DNA from: Macrostomum lignano
Taxonomy: Eukaryota
Length of the DNA stretch: 64,000 nucleotides
Reading direction: 5' to 3'
Assembly: GCA_002269645.1 (NCBI GenBank)
Contig: NIVC01001443.1
Location: 38,443-102,442, forward strand
Below, in pieces: positions 51,401 through 63,214 of this stretch. Position numbers and translations under genes: made by a program. The notes under the pieces were generated by a model that was not told where the DNA came from, did no database searches, and saw only the letters and a list, made by a program, of their open reading frames with translations. Position 1 is the first letter of the stretch. The number at the start of each line of letters is the position of its first letter.

Positions 51401-54400
51401 CACTGTTGAACGATTGATGCCACTCTCAAGCCTCCATTGTCACTGTTGAACGATTGATGCCACTCTCAAGCCTCCATTGTCACTGTTGAACGATTGATGC
51501 CACTCTCAAGCCTCCATTGTCACTGTTGAACGATTGATGCCACTCTCAAGCCTCCATTGTCACTGTTGAACGATTGATGCCACTCTCAAGCCACCATTGT
51601 CACTGTTGAACGATTGATGCCACTCTCAAGCCACCATTGTCACTGTTGAACGATTGATGCCACTCTCAAGCCTCCATTGTCACTGTTGAACGATTGATGC
51701 CACTCTCAAGCCACCATTGTCACTGTTGAACGATTGATGCCACTCTCAAGCCTCCATTATCACTGCTAAGCCATCAATGTCACTCTCAAGCCACCAGTGC
51801 CCTTTTAGAACATTCACACCAATTGATTTCGGTGCCCTCCTGCCGCCCGATTCCTCAGGCTGGATGTCAAAGCTCAGCGACGACATGAAGGCGCCCTTTA
51901 ACTTCCAATGCTCCGTGGACGAAGATCGACCCGGCAACGCCAGCGGCGGCTGCTCAGAGGGCGGTCCGACAAAATCCTCGCGCTACATCACCGCCCTGTA
52001 CTACACCTGCAGCAGCCTCACCAGCATCGGCTTCGGAAACGTGTCAGCCAACACGGATCACGAGAAGATCTTTAGCATCTGCATCATGCTCATTGGCGGT
52101 GAGGCTCTGTTGTGTACAAACGTGTACATTTCTATGGGAAATTTTTTTAATATCAACACTGCAACTGTCGTCCCAAGGTCGAAGGATTTGCTTTAAGTTC
52201 ACACACTGTCTTAAGGTCAACGGATTGCCTCAAGGTCACATAGCTAAGTTGTCTCTCAAGGTCGACGGATTTCCTTTAAGGTCACACATACTTCAACTGT
52301 CTCCTGTCTCAAGTTCGACGGAATTCCTGCAAGGTCATACACGCCAACTGACTCCTGTCTCAAGTTCGACGGAATTCCTGCAAGGTCATACACGCCAACT
52401 GACTCCTGTCTCAATTTCGACGGAATTCCTGCAAGGTCATACACGCCAACTGACTCCTGTCTCAAGTTCGACGGAATTCCTGCAAGGTCATACACGCCAA
52501 CTGACTCCTGTCTCAAGTTCGACGGAATTCCTGCAAGGTTATACACGCCAACTGACTCCTGTATCAAGTTCGACGGAATTCCTGCAAGGTCATACACGCC
52601 AACTGACTCCTGTCTCAGGGTCGACGGAATTCCTGCAAGGTCATACACGCCAACTGACTCCTGTCTCAAGGTCGACGGAATTCCTGCAAGGTCATACACG
52701 CCAACTGACTCCTGTCTCAGGGTCGACGGAATTCCTGCAAGGTCATACACGCCAACTGACTCCTGTCTCAAGTTCGACGGAATTCCTGCAAGGTCATACA
52801 CGCCAACTGACTCCTGTCTCAAGTTCGACGGAATTCCTGCAAGGTCATACACGCCAACTGACTCCTGTCTCAGGGTCGACGGAATTCCTGCAAGGTCATA
52901 CACGCCAACTGACTGAAGGCCGAAGAAAAGCCTTTTAAATGCAAGGTATCGCTATTTCTAATTTCAACAACAGGTTTCACGAAGGCCACTTTTTACAGGG
53001 CATTAAGCCTTAAAATTAGCAGAACAGACCATTTCTCCTGCATTTGAATCCCAAAAATAGAACGAGGCAATGAAATTCGGCAACTTCTTTCTGCAGTTTA
53101 ATAGCCTGGCCGCAGTCATCAGCACAAGGCCAAGTACTTGAACAACCCCCCGGCTTTGAAGTGCAGCATGAAAGGCGACACGCCAAACTTTTGCGCACCT
53201 GCCGGGGGACACGGGACACGCGGGATGCTCCTCACGCAGAGACAAACTCGAGTCCCAACTGCGCAGCTCCAGCTCAGTTTCCTCCGGAGTTGAGGCTGAA
53301 AAAATTGCTAGGAAAACATTAATCATGATCTATGGGGATAATTTTTCCACACATCCTACAATGCCTAACAGCGCCTGTTTATTGCAAACTCCTCATTGGA
53401 ATAACTTCAAAAGTGCTTTTGATTCTAAATTCAGACTTGCTAAATTATCCGTTTTCGAAATTTTTAACCCCGTATAGATGCTGTCCAAACCACATACGCT
53501 CGTAATGCACCCCCATATATTCTGTGGGTGGTCCAAACTGCTAATAAATTACAAATTTTCATCATAAAAATAATCCTTTGCCCCCGCTGCAGCCCTGATG
53601 CACGCAGCGGTCTTCGGCAATGTGACAGCCCTCATCCAGAAGATGTACGCCAGGCGGGCGGCCTACACGGCCAAGACTCAGGAGCTGAAGGACTTCACTA
53701 GAACGCATCACATTCCCAAGCATTTGAAGCGGCGCATGCAGGAGTTCTTCCAGGCAATGTGGTCCATCAATAGAGGCATCAATCCCAACGAGGTGAGTTG
53801 GGAAAGTGCGTTTGAAGCAGGCCTGCTGAAACATGGGGTAAAGATGGGCGAAGTGGGTGTGTCCTTGGGACAGGGAGTGGGGTGGGTGCAGAGGGACAGG
53901 GAGTGGGGTGGGTGCAGAGAGGGACAGGGAGTGAGGTTGGTGCAGAGAGGGACAGGGAGTGAGGTGGGTGCAGAGAGGGACAGGGAGTGAGGTGGGTGCA
54001 GAGAGGGACAGGGAGTGAGGTTGGTGCAGAGAGGGACAGGGAGTGAGGTGGGTGCAGAGAGGGACAGGGAGTGAGGTTGGTGCAGAGAGGGACAGGGAGC
54101 AAGGTTGGTGAGAGAGGGACAGGGAGTGAGGTGGGTGCAGAGAGGGACAGGGAGTGAGGTTGGTGCAGAGAGGGACAGGGAGTGAGGTTGGTGCAGAGAG
54201 GGACAGGGAGTGAGGTTGGTGCAGAGAGGGACAGGGAGTGAGGTGGGTGCAGAGAGGGACAGGGAGTGAGGTTGGTGCAGAGAGGGACAGGGAGTGAGGT
54301 TATGCAAGGAAGGACAGGGAGTGAGATGAGGGGTGGATGCAGAGTGGAATAAGAGAGAAAGTTGGGTTTATGACAAAAGTGGCTGCAAGAGCCAGTCTGA

Positions 54401-57400
54401 TTTTTCAACCAGATCATGAAGGATTTCCCAGACGAACTGCGAGGTGACATCGCCCTCCACCTGAACCGGGAGATCCTGTCGCTGCCGATATTCGAGTCCG
54501 CAAGCCAGGGCTGCCTGAAGGCCATTGCGCAGCAGATTCTGACTGTGTTCTGCCGCCCAGAAGAGTACATTGTGCACTCTGGCGACGTGCTAAAGTACAT
54601 ATATTATGTTGTCAATGGCTCCATGGAGATTCTTAAGGACAACATGGTGGTTGCTATTCTCGGTGAGCGATCGATAATCATCACTCTCCAGAACCAGACT
54701 AGTCACTGTCTAGAATCAGCCTAGTCACTGTCTAGAATCAGCCTAGTCAATCTCTAGCATCAGTCTAGTCACTCTCCAGAATCAGACTAGTCAATCTCTA
54801 GCATCAGACTAGTCACTCTCCATAATCAGTCTAGTCACTCTCCATAATCAGTCTAGTCACTCTCTAGAATCAGCCTAATCACTCTCCAGAATCAGACTAG
54901 TCACTCTCCAGAATCAGTATAGTCACTCTCTAGCATCAGACTAGTCACTCTCCATAATCAGTCTAGTCACTCTCCATAATCAGTCTAGTCACTCTCCATA
55001 ATCAGTCTAGTCACTCTCCAGAATCAGACTAGTCACTCTCCAGAATCAGACTAGTCACTCTCTAGAATCAGCCTAGTCAATCTCTAGCATCAGACTAGTC
55101 ACTCTCCATAATCAGTCTAGTCACTCTCCATAATCAGTCTAGTCACTCTCTAGAATCAGCCTAGTCAATCTCTAGCATCAGACTAGTCACTCTCCATAAT
55201 CAGTCTAGTCACTCTCCAGAATCAGACTAGTCACTCTCTAGAATCAGCCTAGTCAATCTCTAGCATCAGACTAGTCACTCTCCATAATCAGTCTAGTCAC
55301 TCTCCAGAATCAGACTAGTCACTCTCCAGAATCAGACTAGTCACTCTCTAGAATCAGACTAGTCACTCTCTAGCATCAGACTAGTCACTCTCCATAATCA
55401 GACTAGTCACTCTCCATAATCAGTCTAGTCACTCTCTAGAATCTGCCTATAGTCAATCTCTAGCATCAGACTAGTCACTCTCCATAATCAGTCTAGTCAC
55501 TCTCTAGAATCAGCCTATAGTCAATCTCTAGCATCAGACTAGTCACTCTCCATAATCAGTCTAGTCACTCTCTAGCATCAGACTAGTCACTCTCCATAAT
55601 CAGTCTAGTCACTCTCCAGAATCAGACTAGTCACTCTCCATAATCCGTCTAGTCACTCTCCAGAATCCGTCTAGTCACTCTCCATAATCCGTCTAGTCAC
55701 TCTCCAGAATCCGTCTAGTCACTCTCCAGCATCAGACTAGTCACTCTCCAGTCCCAACCCGCCCGAACTCGTAGGCAAGGGCGACCTGTTCGGCACGGAC
55801 ATCAAGAACCCTGAAGGTCTCATGCGGTCAATGTGCGACGTGAGGTCGCTAACTTACTGCGACCTGCAGTGCGTGGAACTGCGCGGCCTCATCCAGCTGC
55901 TGCAGCAGTACCCGGAGTACCACGAGAAATTCAAGGACGACCTGCTGCAGGATTTGGCTTACAACATGCGCGAGGGCAGCGACATTGAGGTGAAACACCT
56001 GGTTGAAGTGATTAAAGTGTCGGATTTTTTTTCGAGTAAGACAAAATGTTGCTATGCTGTGTTCAGACTATGCTCATAGCATAGTCTGACACATCTACAG
56101 CTGTCTGACACATCTACAGTTGCCTGACACATCTACAGCTGTCTGACACATATACAGTTGCCTGACACATCTACAGCTGTCTGACACATCTACAGCTGTC
56201 TGACACATCTACAGCTGTCTGACACATCTACAGTTTTCTGACACATCTACAGCTGTCTGACACATCTACAGCTGTCTGACACATCTACAGCTGTCTGACA
56301 CATCTACAGTTGTTTGACACATCTACAGCTGTCTGACGCATCTACAGTTGTCTGACAAATCTGCAGTTATCTGACACATCTACAGCTGTCTGACACATCT
56401 ACAGCTGTCTGATCATTTTTGATTTTCTGTCAACCCCGCTCTCAGGAGGAGGAGGAGTTCCAGAGGCAGCACGGCACAGTGATGCCTGCAGTCACCCTGC
56501 CCATCATCGGCGAGGAGAAGGAAGAGGACGAGGAGGACGAGGAGGAGGGCGGCGACGCCACAGGAGATGCGGCAGATTCGCAGACGGCAGTGGACGGCAG
56601 CCAAGAGAAACTGCTTGGAGCCTGCGGAAACTCTGGACTGGCTGCTTTGAAGTGAGCGCAGTTGGTTGAAATTTGTTTCAGTATTGCTAACATTGGGTTA
56701 GGGAGTGCGGTTTGTGCTGGGGCGGTAGGGAGTGATGTGTGTGTGCTGGGGTGGCAGGGAGTGGGGTGTGTGTGCTGGGGCGATAGGGAGTGGGGTGTGT
56801 GTGCTGGGGCGATAGGGTGTGGGGTGTGTGCTGGGGTGGCAGGGAGTGGGGTGTGTGTGCTGGGGCGATAGGGAGTGGGGTCTGTGTGCTGGGGCGATAG
56901 GGAGTGGGGTGTGTGCTGGGGTGGCAGGGAGTGGGGTGTGTGTGCTGGGGCGATAGGGAGTGGGGTGTACTATATATTTAAAGTGATAAACTGGACCTCT
57001 TCGTGCGCCACGCGCACGGAGAGGCCTAAAATATCGATCGTACAATTTTTATACGCTCCAACTAGATCGTGCACACAACAGGAAAGTAAAACGGCCCAAT
57101 TAGGGGCAACTGAACGCAAAAATACATAGAGTCAGTAGGAATTAATACGTTTTTTGTCAGTTTATGTGGATAAATCTGACAGGTGGTAGGGAGTGGGATG
57201 TGTGCTGGTGTGGTAGGGAGTGGGGTGTGTGCTGGGGGGATAGGGAGTGGGCTTAGTAGGGAGTGGGAAGCGGGTTATACTAACAATAATGAACAGGTTA
57301 GCTGAATTATCTATGGTGAATTAACGGTTGAGATTGTCTGTGGGGAAGAGCATGGTAGACAAAGGGAGACGGCTAACTGAAAAGTACGAGGCTGAATTGC

Positions 57401-60400
57401 AAAACAGAAAGTACAAATATTTGGGGGATGGAAAACCGACAGCTGGTGTGACACGGAGTGGGGTGTGTGCTGGGGTGATATGGAGTGGGGTGTGTGTGCT
57501 GGGGTGATAGGGAGTGGGGTGTGTGCTGGGGTGATAGGGAGTGGGGTGTGTGTGCTGGGGCGATAGGGAGTGGGGTGTGTGTGCTGTGGTGATAAGGAGT
57601 GGGGTGTGTTTTCTGGTGTGGTAGGGAGTGGGGTGGCGAGTGTTGAGTGCTATTGTGCTTGGGGAGAGTGATCAGTATTGAGGTAGGAGCCGTGGAGGTG
57701 AGTTGGGTGCAGTTGTGCCTCACAAAACCAGCGCAGGTCTCAGTAAACATGAGCTGTATTGTCGCAGTTGTTTCAAACCCAGCTTCCGTATTCCCCCGTA
57801 AAAACCCAACAAAAGGCCTCATCATCAGCCTGGCCGCTCACTGCGGCAGTGGCTAAAGGCTTCCAAGCTGAGGGTCTCCAGAGACAGGTACAAATAAAAT
57901 AATTTGAAAGTTGAAACCTGAATCCTGCTACGAGCGCAGTATTTACCTGCATTAGTTTCTCCGTTGAAACACTCAATCTTAATAAGGACTAACTCGGCCT
58001 GCAAGCATGTTTTATTGAGCCAATAAATTTGCATGATTTTATTAATCCTATGCAGTGCTTTCCCTGCATACTATTGTGAGTAGAGCATGCCGTGAGTCTT
58101 CTATTAAACACTAACTCTTGCCTACATCAAAGCTTTGCACAAAAAGTACTCATGTGATAGCGATTCGAGAGCATTGCGTTTTAAACAAAGCATCTCAAGG
58201 GCAAGTCTGGGCGACTCCAGCCTCATCATCCCCGCCGAGTCGTCTCAAGTCGGTGCAGGAGCTGCTGCTGCTGACGCTGCAGGCACTCTACCGGGGTCCG
58301 GCGTTGACAGGCGCGTGGTCCTTAGATAAGGCTCCCGCTGCCCCCTATCTTTAGATATGGCTCCCGCTGCCCCCTGTCCTTAGATATGGCTCCCGCTACC
58401 CCTTGTCATTAGATAAGGCTCCCCCGCTACCCCTTGTCATTAGATAAGGCTCCCCCGCTACCCCTTGTCATTAGATAAGGCTCCCCCGCTACCCCTTGTC
58501 ATTAGATAAGGCTCCCCCGCTACCCCTTGTCATTAGATAAGGCTCCCGCTACCCCTTGTCATTAGATAAGGCCCCCGCTACCCCTTGTCATTAGATAAGG
58601 CTCCCCCGCTACCCCTTGTCATTAGATAAGGCTCCCGCTACCCCTTGTCATTAGATAAGGCTCCCGCTACCCCTTGTCATTGGATAAGGCTCCCCGCTAC
58701 CCCTTGTCATTAGATAAGGCTCCGCTACCCCTTGTCATTAGATAAGGCTCCCCCGCTACCCCTTGTCATTAGATAAGGCTCCGCTACCCCTTGTCATTAG
58801 ATAAGGCTCCCGCTACCCCTTGTCATTAGATAAGGCTCCCCCGCTACCCCTTGTCATTAGATAAGGCTCCCGCTGCCCCCTTGTCATTAGATAAGGCTCC
58901 CGCTGCCCCCTTGTCATTAGATAAGGCTCCCGCTACCCCCTGTCCTTAAATCGCCCCTGCCATTCAAAATTTCTTTATTTTTAATCTGAGTGCTCAAATC
59001 AAGCATGTTTTGTTACTAACGGTAGTCAGAAGTTTACCTTGCAGAAATTTTGAACTTTGGCAGACCCTCGCCGCTGCTCTGTGCCGAGCCGACGCCGTAC
59101 TTTGCCAGCTCAAGGACCGAGCAGTCGCCGCCATCGCCGCCCAGTCAGCAGCAGCGTCGCTGCAGCTCCGTCCGAGTGCGCACCGGCGGTGTCAGCGGGG
59201 AGGCGACGTCGGTGGACGGCGGCGCTTCTGCCGGGCAGTCGCTGCAGCCGCCGGCGCCTCTGGTTGGAATTCTCAAGCGGAGCAGAGGGAACTCAACAGG
59301 TCCGGGCTTGAAGGGTGGCAATATTTTATAATTTGAAATTGTTTCAGCCAAATTCACCTATCACTGTTGATGCTCTACCAAATACTCAAAACACTAAAGA
59401 AGTCGATTCCACTCAAGTTGATCCTAGGATAGGAAATAATCATATGAGGATATGAAACACTCATGAGAATATAAAACACTGATTAGCATTAGGTGACACT
59501 ATTAATATTAGGAAACACTATTAGGATTAGGAAACACTATTAGGATTAGGAAACACTATTAGGATTAGGAAACACTATTAGGATTAGAAAACACTCATTA
59601 GGATTATGAAACACTATTAGGATTAGGAAACACTCATTAGGATTAGGAAACGCTCATTAGGATTATGAAACACTATTAGGATTAGGAAACTATCATTAGG
59701 ATTAGGAAACACTATTAGGATTAGGAAACACTCATTAGGATTATGAAGCACTATTAGGATTAGGAAACACTCGTTAGGATTAGGAAACTCTCATTAGGAT
59801 TAGGAAACACTCATTAGGATTATGAAACACTATTAGGATTAGGAAACACTCGTTAGGATTAGGAAACTCTCATTAGGATTAGGAAACACTATTAGGATTA
59901 GGAAACACTCATTAGGATTATGAAGCACTATTAGGATTAGGAAACACTCATTAGGATTAGGAAACGCTCATTAGGATTATGAAGCACTATTAGGATTAGG
60001 AAACACTATTAGGATTAGGAAACACTATGTAAGATTAGGAAACACTATTAGGATTAGGAAACACTCATTAGGATTATGAAGCACTATTAGGATTAGGAAA
60101 CACTCATTAGGATTATGAAGCACTATTAGGATTAGGAAACACTCATTAGGATTATGAAGCACTATTAGGATTAGGAAACACTATTAGGATTAGGAAACAC
60201 TATTAGGATTAGGAAACGCTCATTAGGATTAGGAAACACTATTAGGATTAGGAAACACTCATTAGGATTATGAAGCACTATTAGGATTAGGAAACACTCA
60301 TTAGGATTATGAAGCACTATTAGGATTAGGAAACACTCGTTAGGATTGCGTAACGCTCGTTGATAAAATTCCTATCTTTTCTTCCTGGAAACTGGAGTTT

Positions 60401-60906
60401 CTTTGGGCTATATTTAGGAAGCCGGCAAATTCACGGACATCGTGCAAATAAAATTTCCGGATTTATTCTAACGACCCTCGTTACACCATTGAATAACTAT
60501 GCGCCCGGCCCGCAGTGGACCTCACCTCCGCAGCCATCACCCGCCAAACCTCTTTCTCGTTTCGGCCCCACCACTCGAGGCCGCCGCCTAATTCGCCGCC
60601 CCTAATCAATCGAGCCGCCGCTTAATTAGCGACGAAGCCGACGCCGACGAGCTGCGACGTCTGCGCGGTGACGTCGCCGAGCTGAAGGCCGGCTTAGCCG
60701 GAGTCGCCGGCCGCCTTGCGGCGCTGGCCGACCTTCTCCAGCGACGGCCGCCGACGCCGCCGCCTACTGAGCGGTGCGACGCCTTCCTGAGGCCAGAGGA
60801 CCCCGCCATCCTGACGGAGGGCCCGCGGACCAACGGCAACGACAGCGACGACAATCACGAGGAGAAGACTGATGAGGTGGAGAGTCTGCTTAAAGGTACT
60901 CGATAA
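33417..60906 (+). CDS. kcnh8: Ether-a-go-go family voltage-gated K+ channel, Elk/KCNH8-like, 16 exons, about 1116 aa
   Basis: Exons: 33417-33492, 39788-40018, 44874-44978, 45906-46282, 46657-46915, 47884-48065, 50288-50486, 51859-52098, 53593-53792, 54413-54662, 55775-55989, 56446-56651, 57816-57887, 58200-58310 (or -58295), 59064-59299, 60516-60906. Motifs: PAS cap [23 protein letters not shown]4 [11 protein letters not shown], pore [12 protein letters not shown]-linker, CNBHD GKGDLFG...LTYCDLQ, C-terminal coiled coil. Exons 1-12 are firm; exons 13-16 are tentative and exon 16 needs one extra C. Confidence 0.93.
33555..34185. repeat. 52-bp minisatellite, KCNH intron 1
   Basis: Unit tatctttcgaccataggcaggagcgtatctttctatcttgtgtcgatcacgg. 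Confidence 0.93.
34740..35650. repeat. Degenerate CT-rich low-complexity tracts
   Basis: Pyrimidine-rich (CT)n-like sequence in two blocks. Confidence 0.85.
35828..35875. other. 48-bp near-perfect palindrome (23-bp arms, 2-nt spacer)
   Basis: tcatggacttctatacttagcat-ag-atgctaagtatagaagtccatga, flanked by ctagc on both sides. Confidence 0.95.
36380..36990. repeat. 20-bp minisatellite, KCNH intron 1
   Basis: Unit gacacagattaggagattgt with blocks of variants. Confidence 0.96.
37590..37830. repeat. 30-bp minisatellite, KCNH intron 1
   Basis: Unit cctcgagactccactgtctacctgttcacc. Confidence 0.9.
39440..39720. repeat. 21/20-bp minisatellite, KCNH intron 1
   Basis: Unit gccagctagccggatgt(g)ttt. 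Confidence 0.95.
40167..41808 (-). mobile_element. 5'-truncated, frameshifted RTE-like non-LTR retrotransposon (RT region), antisense in KCNH intron 2
   Basis: RT motifs IVPIPKK...[49 protein letters not shown] across three or more frames; (GTT)n tail; TSD cttttaaaca at 40157-40166 and 41809-41818; no endonuclease domain retained. Confidence 0.92.
42800..44830. repeat. 20-bp minisatellite with higher-order repeats, KCNH intron 2
   Basis: ccaccccactaaagtagcat block, then ccaccccactccggaatcat with a recurrent cattaatcat variant. Confidence 0.96.
45350..45560. repeat. 29-bp minisatellite, KCNH intron 3
   Basis: Unit gtgacacagtgaactcaggttgtgactgc. Confidence 0.85.
46320..46460. repeat. 19-bp minisatellite, KCNH intron 4
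   Basis: Unit agctgccatcctgtaccat. Confidence 0.92.
46940..47300. repeat. 52-bp minisatellite, KCNH intron 5
   Basis: Unit cccgagtgtacatgcagtgtgtgcattccccggtgtgtacattcaatttaca. Confidence 0.92.
48100..49350. repeat. 11-bp minisatellite, KCNH intron 6
   Basis: Unit ctagctccatc. Confidence 0.97.
49770..50225. repeat. 16/20-bp minisatellite, KCNH intron 6
   Basis: Unit cacagagatccaatgt with or without cact. Confidence 0.95.
50511..51790. repeat. 40-bp minisatellite, about 31 copies, KCNH intron 7
   Basis: Unit cc(a/t)ccattgtcactgttgaacgattgatgccactctcaag. Confidence 0.98.
52290..52915. repeat. 51-bp minisatellite, KCNH intron 8
   Basis: Unit ctcctgtctcaagttcgacggaattcctgcaaggtcatacacgccaactga. 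Confidence 0.96.
53870..54330. repeat. 28-bp G-rich minisatellite, KCNH intron 9
   Basis: Unit gagagggacagggagtgaggt(t/g)ggtgca. Confidence 0.95.
54690..55750. repeat. 22-bp minisatellite, KCNH intron 10
   Basis: Unit ctagtcactctccagaatcaga and variants. Confidence 0.95.
56080..56412. repeat. 19-bp minisatellite, KCNH intron 11
   Basis: Unit tgtctgacacatctacagc. Confidence 0.95.
56700..57640. repeat. 27-29-bp G-rich minisatellite in three blocks (about 56700-56970, 57180-57260, 57450-57640), KCNH intron 12
   Basis: Unit gggagtggggtgtgtg(tg)ctggggcgata. Confidence 0.88.
58320..58950. repeat. About 30-bp minisatellite with variable C-run, KCNH intron 14
   Basis: Unit ttagataaggct(c)ngctaccccttgtca. 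Confidence 0.95.
59500..60350. repeat. 19/20-bp minisatellite, KCNH intron 15
   Basis: Unit attaggattaggaaacact(c). Confidence 0.95.
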
Positions 60907-61199
60907 CTCATGGCCGCAAACTCACTATTTGCAGGCGATTCCAAAGGAATTATTAAATACTTGGCTACTAGACTTGATCAGGTGTTTTTTACGCGCAGTT
61001 CTCGGCACAACGCGCAGTTTGTCATCTTTTATCGCTGTTTTCAACTTTCGGTTCCCCCGCTCTTTTGAATTGATTTTCACGCACTTGGTTATACGCTAAC
61101 TGGTTGGTATTATTATCGGTATGAATTAGACTTCTTGCATTTTGCTGATTATTTACTGATGGCTAATATTTAGGATAGGTGCAGTTGGAGCGAGGTGGA

Positions 61200-61460
61200 T
61201 GTACGTGGAGTGAGGTGGGTGTGGAGTGAGGTGGGTGTGAAGTGAGGTGGGTGTGGAGTGAGGTGGTGTGGAATGAGGTGGGTGTGAAGTGAGGTGGGGT
61301 GTGGAGTGGAGTGAGGTGGGTGTGGAGTGAGGTGGGTGTGGAGTGGAGTGAGGTGGGTGTGGAGTGAGGTGGGTGTGGAGTGGAGTGAGGTGGGTGTGAA
61401 ATGAGGTGGGTGTGAAATGAGGTGGGTGTGGAGTGAGGTGGGTGTGGAGTGAGGTGAGGT
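61200..61460. repeat. 16-bp G-rich minisatellite
   Basis: Unit gtggagtgaggtgggt. Confidence 0.92.
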
Positions 61461-62924
61461 TCGAGCTATGAGGTGTGCGATTGGGTGTGCAATTCAGCAA
61501 AATCAAAGTTTTTTGTTTTGTTTCCAAAAGTTCAAACTGACTTATTTTTCTCAAGAAGCAACACTATTTTTAAATGCGCTTACAATTGATGTATTTGTTA
61601 TTATTTATTTCATTTTGCCATCATGTTACTCTAAACCTACACATAAACCTGACCTCTAAGCCGGTCGAGACTCAGAATCAATAAAAAAGGATCAATTTAT
61701 TACTTTTCAATTAGTTACAATCTTATTCAGGATGCCAATTTATGGCGGGGGTCGACAAACTCAGCCGCGAAGCCTTTCTATCCGGCCCTGGGGTCCTTTG
61801 AAATTTCACAATAGCAACCCGGCCCGCTCAAGGTTTGCGTCTCCTCAGCTCTCTTCTCTCTAATCTCCTCTCTCATCGCTAGCCAGGGAGTCGAGTCTCC
61901 AAAGTAAGTGAAAGCAGAGAAACGCAGACACATAATCCGCAAATTCCATGTCAACTCAGCAAAGATTTTCAAACGTCGATATGCGCTATCAGTTTATAAT
62001 TATAATTAATAGTAAACACAAATATGTTGATGCATATTAATGTGTATAGAATATACGCAGACTCACAATTGCTACAATACCAAAGTGCTACCTGTGCATA
62101 ACTGCAGCTCACTGCAGCAAAAGGTGCGTAGGCGGGAGTCAACTGCTGATTACGTAATAAATGACTGACGCTGGGCGAGCTCTAGTAAGTAAAAACTGTG
62201 ACAGGAGGGGCTGCGCTGTCAAACGAATGGAACAAAGAATGTTGGGATTTGACGGAGGGCAAGAGCTTATTTAATGAGTGCAGATTAGATCGCGGACGCG
62301 CACGAGCTGGCCAGCAATTTCAATAATTAATCAAACCTGAGAAACTGTGCTGTCGGCATTAGCTGGAGAGAGGGCAGGGAGCCTGGAGCAGATGAAGATG
62401 AGGCAGACAGAAGCAAACAGGGGACAGTAACAAAATAACTATAGAAGGGGGGCAGTGCAAATCATGAACTGCTGAGCTGACTTGAGAACTTCTCCATCGC
62501 AACCAGCAGTTCAATGGATTAGCATTAACAAACAACTTGGCTCCGACTCACTGGTAATGAGTAGACAGATTAAAACGACAGAAGCAGAGAAAAAATATAT
62601 ATATAGTGAGACACAACGCTACTAACGAGATATAGTTGCTGGGGGGTCAGGTAATGCAGCTCAAAATGAAACTGGGTTCCGCTTTCTTCATCTGCTCGTT
62701 GAGCTCAATCCTTCTCTGTGCGCAAAAAAAGAACTCAAAAATGATGATTAATAATTAAAACATTCTGTCAGGAACTAAGATCTATAAAAAACATAAATGT
62801 GAATATTAATCGTATCGAACTTCGCTACGCAGAGAGGAACAAGGGGCGTCGGAGTAGAAAAAGAGATCAGCTATTTCAGTTGCGGCTCCGGCAGCTTATC
62901 AATTATTATTATTGTCTGCTTCTA

Positions 62925-63163
62925 GGAGGAGCAAGCAAGACACCTTGCACAGGCTGTCAAGGGCTTCGTCTGCCCTCTGTTCGTTTCAGGCCATAATTGT
63001 GGAGGCGGCCGCGGCAGCGGCAGCAGTGGCGGCCCCGCAGCTTGGCGGGTGGCGTAGCCGGAGTCCGGGCTGTCGCAGACCACGGCGCGACCGACGGAGC
63101 TGCCGCTGCCGACGCCGCCGCCGTTGCTGTTGCTGTTGTCCATGGCAGACAGCTCCATCTCCT
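62925..63163 (-). CDS. Probable exon of an unidentified minus-strand gene that continues beyond the window end
   Basis: Acceptor cccaacccgcag at 63164, similar to KCNH acceptors; strongly C-ending codons in EMELSAMDNSNSNGGGVGSGSSVGRAVVCDSPDSGYATRQ; 3' end uncertain. Confidence 0.4.
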
Positions 63164-63214
63164 CTGCGGGTTGGGCGGTTTAGCGGCATTAGCGAAATTA
63201 ATTGCCCAGCGGAG

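Noticed and set aside
52093-52938. 281-aa ORF with 17-aa repeats
   Set aside because: In-frame 51-bp intronic array; the flanking KCNH exons join in phase without it.
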